Origin: an uncultured Ignavibacteriales bacterium
Lineage (GTDB): Bacteria > Zixibacteria > MSB-5A5 > GN15 > FEB-12
Direction: 5' to 3'
Assembly (NCBI GenBank): GCA_964464605.1
Contig: CAYXJN010000009.1
Span: forward strand, 1 to 64,000
Length of the DNA stretch: 64,000 nucleotides
Made by a program: the position numbers and the translations under genes. Below the pieces are notes generated by a model. That model ran no database searches, was not told where the DNA came from, and saw nothing but the letters and a program-made list of their open reading frames with translations. Within the stretch, counting starts at the first letter, position 1. Each line of letters opens with the position of its first letter. Shown here in pieces: positions 17,593 to 26,299 of this stretch.

Positions 17593-20007
17593 CTACCATC
17601 CTATTGCCGAGAAAAATTGATAAGTTGCCAGCGCCGCAAGATAGGCAAGTATCGTCATATACAAAAACGTACCGATAGCGTATGACCACCGCGCTGTTTC
17701 CTGCTTGATCGTTACAATTGTCGCGCCGCACTGACAGCAGAGCGCGAAAAAGACCATTATCGACAAGGCAACCGCCGGGGTGAATACCGGCTGGCCGATT
17801 CGATCCCCATGATCCCACGTCGCTGTCTGCATTTTTGACATCAGTGATTCGGAGGATTCATCGACATCCGATCCCAAATTGTAAATCGTTCCCAACACCG
17901 CGATAATAACTTCTCGCGCCGGGAATGAGGCCAGCGCCGCCATCGTGATACGCCAATCCCAGCCGAGTGGTTCAAATAGCGGTTCAATAGTATGCCCCAA
18001 CCGCCCAAAGTACGAATTGCGAATCTGCTCCCCCGCCGCCGCATGAGCGAGTGAATCAGTTTGGTTGGTGTAGGCGATTCCGAGTTCACGCTGTTCATAG
18101 AGCAGGTTAATTTCGGATGTGAGCAGCGGATAGAGTGCTATAATTGAATCCCGCGCTACGAGCAACCCTTCAGATGATGACTGTGCCGTGAACAAATTAC
18201 GCGCGTTATTGAGCAATTGCGCATCGGTTTCTGATTTCTCTGTCGTTGTCTGCTGGATACTGTTTTCCAATTGCGTATCGGCGGCAATAAAAGCTGTGCT
18301 CGCCTGTAATGCCGCTTCATCATACTGTTGTTGAATCTCGGTCGAGCGCGGGTAATAACTCGCAGCCCAGATAACAATCGTAATAGCCAGAATAATTGTT
18401 CCGGCCCGGGTAACGAATGCTCTGGTGCGATTAATAACTCGGGTGGTTACCGAACGGACAGTTGGCAATTTGTACGTTGGCATCTCGATAACAAAACTTC
18501 CCCGTTCAGTACGAAAAAGCAGCTTGTTCATCACAAACGCTGCAATCACTGCCGCTAAAACACCAAGCAGATAGAGCGCACCCAACACGAGTCCCTGCAA
18601 ATTGAACACGCCGCCGTAGCTTTCATACGGAATAAAGGCAGCAATCATGATAGCATAGACCGGCAAGCGAGCAGAACAGGTCATGAGTGGCGCGACCATG
18701 ATCGTTATCAGCCGCTGTCCCCTGTCTTCAATTGTCCGCGCCGCCATAATACCGGGAATCGCGCAGGCAAATGAAGAAAGCATCGGAATGAGTGATTTAC
18801 CCGACAATCCGCAGAAACGAAACAACCGATCGACCAAAAAGGCCGCGCGGGTGACATAGCCTGAATCTTCAAGAATAGAAAGAAATATGAAAAGAATCGC
18901 AATTTGCGGGATAAAGATAATAACCGCACCCACCCCGCCGATAATGCCATCGGTTACCAATGAGCACAACGCTCCTTCCGGCATTGCCGCACCGACGGTG
19001 TCGGCAAGCCAGCCGAAGAAGGCATCGATCCATTCCATAAATGGCTGTGCCCAACTGAAAATAGACTGGAAAATCAAACCGAGTATCAGTACCAAAATAA
19101 TCGGACCAGCAACCGGATGTAAGAGCACAGCATCGAGTTTGTTCGACAACTCTTTTCGATTCTGCTGTTTTCTGCTGACTGTACACTTGAAAAGTTCTTC
19201 CGCCCGATGAATTAACGGTGTCGTTTCTGCCGCAGATAGTGAACCGTACTTACGAGTAAGCGTGAGCCTTGCGTCGTTCAGCAGTTTCTCCCCTGCTTCA
19301 CCGGTTCGGGTTATATACTTTCGCTCCGTTTCAGAATCGACATCAAACAATATGCGTACATAATCAGCACGGGTACGATTCGTTTGCGGCTCAAGTGCCA
19401 TAATCTGCTGAATGATTGCTTCGGCGGCCGGGTCCTGCATCGCGACCGTTGCCGCGCTGCGCCGTTCCAAAAGCTGTGTGACTGAATCCTGTAACTCTTT
19501 TATCCCTTTATTACGATTCCCCTGCACCGGAATAATCGGCACACCGAGTTCTTTGGAAAGCAAATCGATATCTATCGACAACCCTGTTCGCTCGGCGATA
19601 TCCATCATATTGAGTGCGACTACGACCGGTGCTTCGATTTGCTGCACCTGCAAAAGGAAAAAGAGTGACCGCTCTAAATTGGATGCATCAAGCACACAGA
19701 TAATCGCATCGGGATGCCCTCCCTCCAATTCACCCGACAGCGCGGCGATAGCAATCCGCTCATCCGGTGAAAGCGGCGCAAGCGAGTAGGTACCGGGAAT
19801 ATCGAGCACTTCATAGGTCAGTGAATTGTTCGTCCCTCGAAGAAACCCGGAAGTTCGCTCGACCGTTACGCCGGGATAGTTGGCTACCCGCTGATTTAAC
19901 CCGGTAAGGGCATTAAAGAGTGTCGTTTTTCCGCTGTTCGGATTTCCGCACAGGGCTATAAGAGGGTGTTGACGTTTGGTAGACGCAGTCGTCTGAGGTG
20001 TGGGCAT
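17593..20007 (-). CDS. feoB: Ferrous iron transport protein B
   Basis: N-terminal GTPase (GNPNSGKTTLFNALTG), gate region and multi-TM permease domain; 804 aa. Confidence 0.9.
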   Translation of the reverse strand: MPTPQTTASTKRQHPLIALCGNPNSGKTTLFNALTGLNQRVANYPGVTVERTSGFLRGTNNSLTYEVLDIPGTYSLAPLSPDERIAIAALSGELEGGHPDAIICVLDASNLERSLFFLLQVQQIEAPVVVALNMMDIAERTGLSIDIDLLSKELGVPIIPVQGNRNKGIKELQDSVTQLLERRSAATVAMQDPAAEAIIQQIMALEPQTNRTRADYVRILFDVDSETERKYITRTGEAGEKLLNDARLTLTRKYGSLSAAETTPLIHRAEELFKCTVSRKQQNRKELSNKLDAVLLHPVAGPIILVLILGLIFQSIFSWAQPFMEWIDAFFGWLADTVGAAMPEGALCSLVTDGIIGGVGAVIIFIPQIAILFIFLSILEDSGYVTRAAFLVDRLFRFCGLSGKSLIPMLSSFACAIPGIMAARTIEDRGQRLITIMVAPLMTCSARLPVYAIMIAAFIPYESYGGVFNLQGLVLGALYLLGVLAAVIAAFVMNKLLFRTERGSFVIEMPTYKLPTVRSVTTRVINRTRAFVTRAGTIILAITIVIWAASYYPRSTEIQQQYDEAALQASTAFIAADTQLENSIQQTTTEKSETDAQLLNNARNLFTAQSSSEGLLVARDSIIALYPLLTSEINLLYEQRELGIAYTNQTDSLAHAAAGEQIRNSYFGRLGHTIEPLFEPLGWDWRITMAALASFPAREVIIAVLGTIYNLGSDVDESSESLMSKMQTATWDHGDRIGQPVFTPAVALSIMVFFALCCQCGATIVTIKQETARWSYAIGTFLYMTILAYLAALATYQFFSAIGW

Positions 20008-20012
20008 CGGTG

Positions 20013-20285
20013 CTATTTTTCAAGACTAACTAAAATATGCGCGGCATCTGCTTTCCGAAGCGATAAGGAACAGGGACCGAAAGCGACATGCATCGGATCA
20101 TCAAACAGCGCCGTCCGAATGACGGTAACCGGCCGACCGGGCAATACCCCCATCGCAATTAGGCGGCGCGCTAAGGCTGATTCCTGACGAAACCCGACTA
20201 CTTTACCGGATTGCCCCGGCTGCATTTCATGCAGCTGCGTGTGACGCTGCGCCGTTATCGAATCGATAAAAAGGGTGTCAACCAT
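20013..20285 (-). CDS. feoA: Ferrous iron transport protein A
   Basis: 90-aa FeoA/SH3-like protein (GQSGKVVGF..., LIAMGVLPGRPVTV), immediately upstream of feoB. Confidence 0.8.
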   Translation of the reverse strand: MVDTLFIDSITAQRHTQLHEMQPGQSGKVVGFRQESALARRLIAMGVLPGRPVTVIRTALFDDPMHVAFGPCSLSLRKADAAHILVSLEK

Positions 20286-20751
20286 GATGCAAGACTCTCC
20301 GTGAAATTTTCTCCGGTTGTGAAGTAACGGTCAATTCTTTCGTCTGCTTTTCCCGGCAGGAGCGGCAGTATCCCTGTACTTCCACTTTGTAAGAATCCGG
20401 TGTGAAATTGTCATTCTTTGTTTTTGGTTCGAGATACGGAAGAATATCAGACAAATCAAAATTCGAAACCTGTTTGCAGCTTAGACAATACAGATGCCCC
20501 TGCGGTGTGCGGGTTAATCGGTCGTAACGGGTGATACCGTCCCCGACACTCACTTCCGTTGCCAACCCCACTTCGCACATCAGTTTCAGATTCCGCCAGA
20601 CAGTGCTGTAACCGAGCGTACGATCAATTTTTCGCACCCGGTCATACAACTCATCCACAGAAACATGATTTCCCAACTCAAAAAAGGAACGGAAAATCAG
20701 CTCCCGCTGGGGAGTCATTTTGAATCCTTTGGTTTTGAGAAATTCCCGCAT
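20278..20751 (-). CDS. fur: Fur family transcriptional regulator
   Basis: MTPQRELIF...HxH-like metal site and two CxxC pairs (CLSC, CRSC). Overlaps feoA by 8 nt. Confidence 0.8.
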   Translation of the reverse strand: MREFLKTKGFKMTPQRELIFRSFFELGNHVSVDELYDRVRKIDRTLGYSTVWRNLKLMCEVGLATEVSVGDGITRYDRLTRTPQGHLYCLSCKQVSNFDLSDILPYLEPKTKNDNFTPDSYKVEVQGYCRSCREKQTKELTVTSQPEKISRRVLHHG

Positions 20752-20771
20752 CAGTACGATGCGCTATGCGA

Positions 20772-20790
20772 AATGAAAATGGATTTCATT
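20772..20790. promoter_or_regulatory. Candidate Fur box (AT-rich 19-bp palindrome) upstream of the fur-feoAB operon
   Basis: AATGAAAATGGATTTCATT is a perfect inverted repeat (AATGAAA/TTTCATT around a 5-nt centre), about 20-40 nt upstream of the fur ATG. Confidence 0.4.
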
Positions 20791-20918
20791 GCGGGAATAT
20801 TCAGACTCTGGGCAGGAATGTCAAGCCTTGCCGCCTGAAATTGGCAGGTTAACGCAACAGCGTAATTTATTGAATTGTAATTGGTTAGAAAGGCAAGTTG
20901 AAAGTCGTCGGAAAAACT

Positions 20919-23825
20919 TTACTTAATTAGAGACATTTTCTTGGTGATTGACTTGTCGTTGACGGAGAGACGGTAAAAATAGACCCCGGATGCCACACTC
21001 GTATTGGCGTCATTTGTACCATCCCAGATTCGCGTATGCGTTCCGGCAGGCAATTCTCCCGCGTGTAAAGTCTTCACTTCCTGCCCCAAAAGGTTGTAGA
21101 TATGCAGTGAAACTTCTGAACGAACCGGAAGAGAAAATTGAATTGCGGTAGTCGGGTTGAACGGATTCGGGTAATTTTGTTCAAGTGAAAAACCGGAGGG
21201 CAACACACCGTTGTTATCATCACCCGTACCGGTTGGAATATCCATCCGGTTGCGCGCTGCAACGGTGTGGTCGATTAATTCATCAACAGAGCTTCCAGCG
21301 ACAACCGCGAAGGTTACGGCCGTCGAATCATTCGGCATTATCGAAAACGGTCCGGCGGAAATTAACAGCATATTATCATTGGTCGCGCCGTTTCCGGTCG
21401 AAACACCCTGATATGAAATCAGATTGAACTTATCGGTATTGGTAAATCCGCGTTTTTGACTGCCGTTATTGATTACCTGATAGCCGCTAACGTTTTTCAA
21501 ACCGGCTAAACCGACAAAGGCGTTTCCGCTTCCCTGATATAACAGACTCAGATCATTATGGAACTGCGCCGCTTCAGAAAACCCGAAATCGAAATCAGCC
21601 AAAAATCCGAAATGCAGATTCGTCAGTTTTTCAAGCGAGTTGTTTTTGATATAGACCGTAAACAGAACTATTCCCTCTTCATTGAAGTCCTCATAGCTCA
21701 CTGTTTTCTGATGAATCGTTATCGGTATCGAAATAGCGGCGTTGCCATCGGTGAACGAGCATTCCTGAATCGTTTCTCCATCCGGGGTGGATGACTGCTG
21801 TAATGACTGGGTCGGCACAAAATCCGAGCGGGTAAACTGCCCTTGTGCGTTTCGGACTGAAGAGGCCAACTGCAGCGCATTACGGCCGACGATAATACCG
21901 GATTCATACAGGAGATTCTGGCTTTGATCATAACGCAAACCGACTCCGCCGACATTGTAGCAGGAATGCGGCGCGAGACCATACTGACCGAAATCGGAAA
22001 CGGTGAACTGCATACGATCAGTTACATGGTTGGCCATTGTCCCAACCGGCGCAACACCGGCAATGATCGAAAAGCTTAACGTATCGAACGGAGTACCATT
22101 GGTACCGAAGAGTTCGATCTGTAACGGTACCGCTGAACCGTTTGCGGCGTCGGAGTCGATTTGAATCTGAAACGGCACTAAGTTGATCGCTGTCGTACCG
22201 CCGATACCGAACACAAATGCCGCTGATGCGGCTGAAACCGCTGCTTGTGTCGTATCATTCGAAATCAGCGTTCCGGTAATAGCGTCAACATTTCCCGCCG
22301 GATTCTGCAGCGTAATCGTTAAGGAAACATTTTCACCCGGCATAGCGATACCGTCTCCGAGTATCGTCGAACCGACGATAGAGAACTGGGCATTGGCCGG
22401 AATTGGAAGGTATTCAATCAACCGGGAAGCATCCGGCAGCCCGTTACCATACGCATTATCTTTTCCTATCGGACCGAGATCTTTACAGGAGAGCACCAAG
22501 GCGCGTTTGATCTGTTCCGGAGTAGCATCCGGATTGTACTGGCGCATCAGCGCAACTAATCCGGCGATAAACGGTGCTGCCATCGAGGTACCGCTCATAT
22601 ACTGATAGGCACCACCTTTGTATGAAGAACGGATCGAAATACCTGGCGCGACAACTTCCGGTTTGATTTTTGTGGTGTCACAGGAGGACGGTCCGCGACT
22701 TGAGAATCCGGCGATAACCTGGTTATCATCTACCGCACCGACCGCAAATGAATTATAGGGCGTGGTGGCGCGATCAGCCGGGGAACGAAGTGACTGCGGA
22801 TTCGGCCCTTCATTACCGGCGGCAAAAATTGTCACGATACCTGCCGCTTCGACATTGTCGATAACACCCCAAAACGCAGCATCACAGGGCGCGAATAATC
22901 CTTTCGGAATCCCCCAACTGTTAAGAATGACATCGGGAACGTCATTGGTAGTGTTGATATCACCATCCGGGTTCAGCGTCCACTGGAATGCTTCGATAAT
23001 ATCCGAAATCGTCGTGCTTAACGGACGTCCCTGATCGATAATACCGGCTGAAATCCACTGAGCACCGGGCGCAACGCCGATAGTATCGCTGCCGCTTGAA
23101 CCGACCATGACACCCATCGTGTGGGTACCATGTCCGGCGCGGTCACCCGGCAAACTGTCAGGCTTAACTTTTGAGAACCACGCGGTATGCAGATCGGTAC
23201 TGTTGCCGCGCCATTTGGACTGTAAAGCAGGATGTCCTTCTTCCACACCGGTATCGAAAGAACAAACCAACCGCCCCTGTCCTTTTAAACCGCGCATCCA
23301 AAGTGCGCCGACATTTAACAGGGTATGTTGCGTGGAAACTGACGAAGCCAAATCCGGGGCTGCCTGTTCGGAAACAGGCGCATCAAAACTAAGCGCGACA
23401 TTTTCGATTATCTCTTCAACGCCGACCATCTCCCGTAATTCAGCGATCGCCGATAACGGCAAGGTGGCGCTGTAGGCTGGGACTATCCAGTGCTTTTCGA
23501 CAAAGACTGTTGAATGTGTAAAAAGATATGATTCGACGGTCGATTGATTAGTAGCACGGCTTGCCTGCAACCGCTGAACGACGCTGCGAATTCTTTGCGA
23601 GCGGGTTAATGATTCATCTTTGCTGATTTTCGCGGTCGCCATCAGATTATCCGCTGATGGCTCCAAAAAGATAACGACGGAAACAAGACTATCGCTATTT
23701 GAAGCCTGCGCGGTAAGTGACTGGTCGAGTTTGGGAGACAGGTATGCCGAGGCAGACAGGTTTACCGCTGCAAGCAGACCGAAGATTACTGATGTTATGA
23801 TGACCGATATGGCCGTCTGTCTCAT
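20919..23825 (-). CDS. S8 family subtilisin-like serine protease with T9SS C-terminal sorting domain
   Basis: Signal peptide. Catalytic triad motifs SFDTGVEEGHP (Asp), HGTHTMGV (His), GTSMAAPFIAG (Ser). The last ~88 aa (NYPNPFNPTTAIQFSLP...VYFYRLSVNDK, coordinates ~20922-21185) match the Por secretion tail. Confidence 0.85.
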   Translation of the reverse strand: MRQTAISVIITSVIFGLLAAVNLSASAYLSPKLDQSLTAQASNSDSLVSVVIFLEPSADNLMATAKISKDESLTRSQRIRSVVQRLQASRATNQSTVESYLFTHSTVFVEKHWIVPAYSATLPLSAIAELREMVGVEEIIENVALSFDAPVSEQAAPDLASSVSTQHTLLNVGALWMRGLKGQGRLVCSFDTGVEEGHPALQSKWRGNSTDLHTAWFSKVKPDSLPGDRAGHGTHTMGVMVGSSGSDTIGVAPGAQWISAGIIDQGRPLSTTISDIIEAFQWTLNPDGDINTTNDVPDVILNSWGIPKGLFAPCDAAFWGVIDNVEAAGIVTIFAAGNEGPNPQSLRSPADRATTPYNSFAVGAVDDNQVIAGFSSRGPSSCDTTKIKPEVVAPGISIRSSYKGGAYQYMSGTSMAAPFIAGLVALMRQYNPDATPEQIKRALVLSCKDLGPIGKDNAYGNGLPDASRLIEYLPIPANAQFSIVGSTILGDGIAMPGENVSLTITLQNPAGNVDAITGTLISNDTTQAAVSAASAAFVFGIGGTTAINLVPFQIQIDSDAANGSAVPLQIELFGTNGTPFDTLSFSIIAGVAPVGTMANHVTDRMQFTVSDFGQYGLAPHSCYNVGGVGLRYDQSQNLLYESGIIVGRNALQLASSVRNAQGQFTRSDFVPTQSLQQSSTPDGETIQECSFTDGNAAISIPITIHQKTVSYEDFNEEGIVLFTVYIKNNSLEKLTNLHFGFLADFDFGFSEAAQFHNDLSLLYQGSGNAFVGLAGLKNVSGYQVINNGSQKRGFTNTDKFNLISYQGVSTGNGATNDNMLLISAGPFSIMPNDSTAVTFAVVAGSSVDELIDHTVAARNRMDIPTGTGDDNNGVLPSGFSLEQNYPNPFNPTTAIQFSLPVRSEVSLHIYNLLGQEVKTLHAGELPAGTHTRIWDGTNDANTSVASGVYFYRLSVNDKSITKKMSLIK

Positions 23826-24080
23826 TACCTTTCCTTCCTCGCCAGAATTACCAACCTCTGAGCAAGGGGGATGCCAACATCAGGCTTTTCAGTCCGCTTT
23901 TAGCCGAAGCCTATCGATGCTCGTAATGCATTGCAGAACAACAGGTTAAACGGTTACCACAAACGCGCTTTTCTTGCATACCGACCTTCCGGAAAATGCA
24001 TAGCCTGCTTTGAATTGCCTACTTTGCAATCGGTGACATAATGGACGGTTTTATAGCTCAAGCTTTCTATATTCTCTCCA

Positions 24081-26249
24081 ATGAGCGCTGAAACACTCAA
24101 ACGAGTTCTCAACTGCCACGGCTGCTGGATCATTCCCCTTTTTGCCTTAGCCTTTCGCTTTGCCTATTTGGCCTGTTATTCTCATTTGCCTGACTGGGAA
24201 TTACTCACGGTCGACAATTACTATCATCATCACTGGGCAGAATCGATCGCGGGCGGGAATCTTGTCGGCGATACGACCTATTTCCGCGCACCGCTCTATA
24301 TCTGGTCTCTCGGATTTCTCTATTGGTTGTTCGATTCTTCATGGTGGGTAGGAAGAATTTTCGGCATCGTAGTTGGCGCGGCATCGGTCGGTATGACCTG
24401 GATGTTAGCCTATCGTCTTTTTTCTCCTCGAACAGCAACTATTGCGGCATTGATACACGTGATCTGCCCGATTGCACTTTACCATGACGCCGAACTGCTC
24501 ACTGATTCCTTTTTCACCCTGACATTACAAATCGCGCTCTATTGTTCGCTTCGCTGGTTCGATGCGTTTGATGTGCGTAATGCTCTATGGGCAGGGCTCA
24601 CGCTTGGAATGGCCGCCATAGCCCGTCCTACGGCATTAGTATTAGTACCGCTTATTGTCGTTTTCGTTACCTGGCAATTCAAACATCGAAAACAGATGTT
24701 GGCTCAAATTGCATTGTTTGCAGCCAGTGTCGGGTTGATAGTAAGTATTACGTTGATTCGCAATCTGATAGTCGCGGATGATCCGGTGCTGATTGCTTCA
24801 CAGGGAGGAATCAATTTTTTTATCGGCAATAATCCGGATACCGATGGCGTCTCGGCGGTCATGCCTCCTCCCCTCGGCACAACCTGGCAATTGGCGGAAG
24901 TAAAACAGATCGCAGAGCAGACTGAGGGACATGTACTAAAACCGGGAGAGATATCTGATTATTGGTTTTCACAGGGGCTACACTGGGTTCGTGAGAACCC
25001 CGGAACGTTTCTGAAAAACTTCGGCATTAAACTCTATCGCCAGATAGCCAATTTTGAAATCCCGAACCAGCGGGACCTGAACCGATTTTTAGAAAAACTT
25101 CCCTTTCCGTTTCACTTGCCGATCACCTTCGGGATGCTTTTCCCCTTCGCAGTTTGGGGGATTCTGTGCGCATGGAACGAGAACACGAAAGCGCAGTTGT
25201 TAATCTTGACCCTTGTTCTCTATCTGTTTACCTCCGCCCTCTTTTTTGTGAACAGCCGTTTCCGACTTCCGTTGTTGCCTATCTTTTTCATTTTCGCCGT
25301 ATTCGGCTTGCTATTGTTCATACAGCAGATTCGCACGGAATCACGCGCTGCGTTAAAAGGTGCGCTCTGTCTTGTACTATGCGGTCTCGTTTCCTTTTCC
25401 TCCTTGTTTCCGCTCCCGGCATTAGCAAAAGTACAGGAACCGCTGGCAAAAGCGAGTCTCTGTATCGCCGAACGGCAATATGCCGAAGCAGTCGCAGCCG
25501 CACGAGAAGCTGTTTTGCACAATGATTCAACCATGAACAGCCACTTGCTCCTCGGCGTCGCTCATTTACGAAACGGAAATACCGATTCCGCATTGTTTCA
25601 CCTAAAGCAGGAAACCGCGCTTTTCCCCGACAACGAAAAAGGGCATATCAATCTTGCCTCTGCCCTGCAGGTCGCCGGAAACAGCAAAGATGCACTGATA
25701 GAAACACGAACAGCACTTTCGTTAGCCCCCTATGATCTCACTGTCAACCAACTGCTTGTTCGATTGACTGTTCCAGATACAACATTACCGATCACAGCTG
25801 TTTCTGCTATTGCCGATTCGGCGATGCAACGCACGAATGACAACCCATCAATCGCCGCCGAAATCGCCGTAGCCTTTACGCAGCGAAAAGAAAACAATCT
25901 CGCTGAACTTTTTTTACGCCGGGCTCTGCGATCAACACCTCCGTCTATTGAAACAGATGATGCCGCGTTTGAGCGCTACCATGTAAACAGCACGGAAAAC
26001 TGGAACAAGCAGTTAGCAAACATTCACTTCCAACTCGGGTTCCTTGCCGGACTGGCAGGTCGATATACGGAATCAATTGAGCAGAGCAAAATGGCAATTG
26101 CAAAGGATTCATTATTGCGAGATGCCTATATCAATCTTATCAGCGGGTATATTTCTACGGGACAAACAAGCCGGGCAGATTCAGTGTTACAGACTGCGCG
26201 TATCCGTTTCCCCCGCGATATCCGCTTGCAGCAGTTCCGATTCCCATAA
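24081..26249 (+). CDS. GT39/ArnT-like membrane glycosyltransferase fused to C-terminal TPR repeats
   Basis: About 12 TM helices at the N-terminus with a PMT/ArnT-like architecture. The C-terminal ~300 aa are TPR-like repeats (LLLGVAHLRNGNTDSALFHL...). Confidence 0.6.
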   Translation: MSAETLKRVLNCHGCWIIPLFALAFRFAYLACYSHLPDWELLTVDNYYHHHWAESIAGGNLVGDTTYFRAPLYIWSLGFLYWLFDSSWWVGRIFGIVVGAASVGMTWMLAYRLFSPRTATIAALIHVICPIALYHDAELLTDSFFTLTLQIALYCSLRWFDAFDVRNALWAGLTLGMAAIARPTALVLVPLIVVFVTWQFKHRKQMLAQIALFAASVGLIVSITLIRNLIVADDPVLIASQGGINFFIGNNPDTDGVSAVMPPPLGTTWQLAEVKQIAEQTEGHVLKPGEISDYWFSQGLHWVRENPGTFLKNFGIKLYRQIANFEIPNQRDLNRFLEKLPFPFHLPITFGMLFPFAVWGILCAWNENTKAQLLILTLVLYLFTSALFFVNSRFRLPLLPIFFIFAVFGLLLFIQQIRTESRAALKGALCLVLCGLVSFSSLFPLPALAKVQEPLAKASLCIAERQYAEAVAAAREAVLHNDSTMNSHLLLGVAHLRNGNTDSALFHLKQETALFPDNEKGHINLASALQVAGNSKDALIETRTALSLAPYDLTVNQLLVRLTVPDTTLPITAVSAIADSAMQRTNDNPSIAAEIAVAFTQRKENNLAELFLRRALRSTPPSIETDDAAFERYHVNSTENWNKQLANIHFQLGFLAGLAGRYTESIEQSKMAIAKDSLLRDAYINLISGYISTGQTSRADSVLQTARIRFPRDIRLQQFRFP

Positions 26250-26253
26250 AAAA

Positions 26254-26278
26254 AGACCGGTCAGAAACCGGTCTTTTC
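26254..26278. terminator. Bidirectional rho-independent terminator
   Basis: AAAAAA-GACCGGT-CAGA-AACCGGTC-TTTT between the convergent GT39 gene and the lipoprotein gene. Confidence 0.65.
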
Positions 26279-26299
26279 AAATATGCTTTCGAAAAAGTA

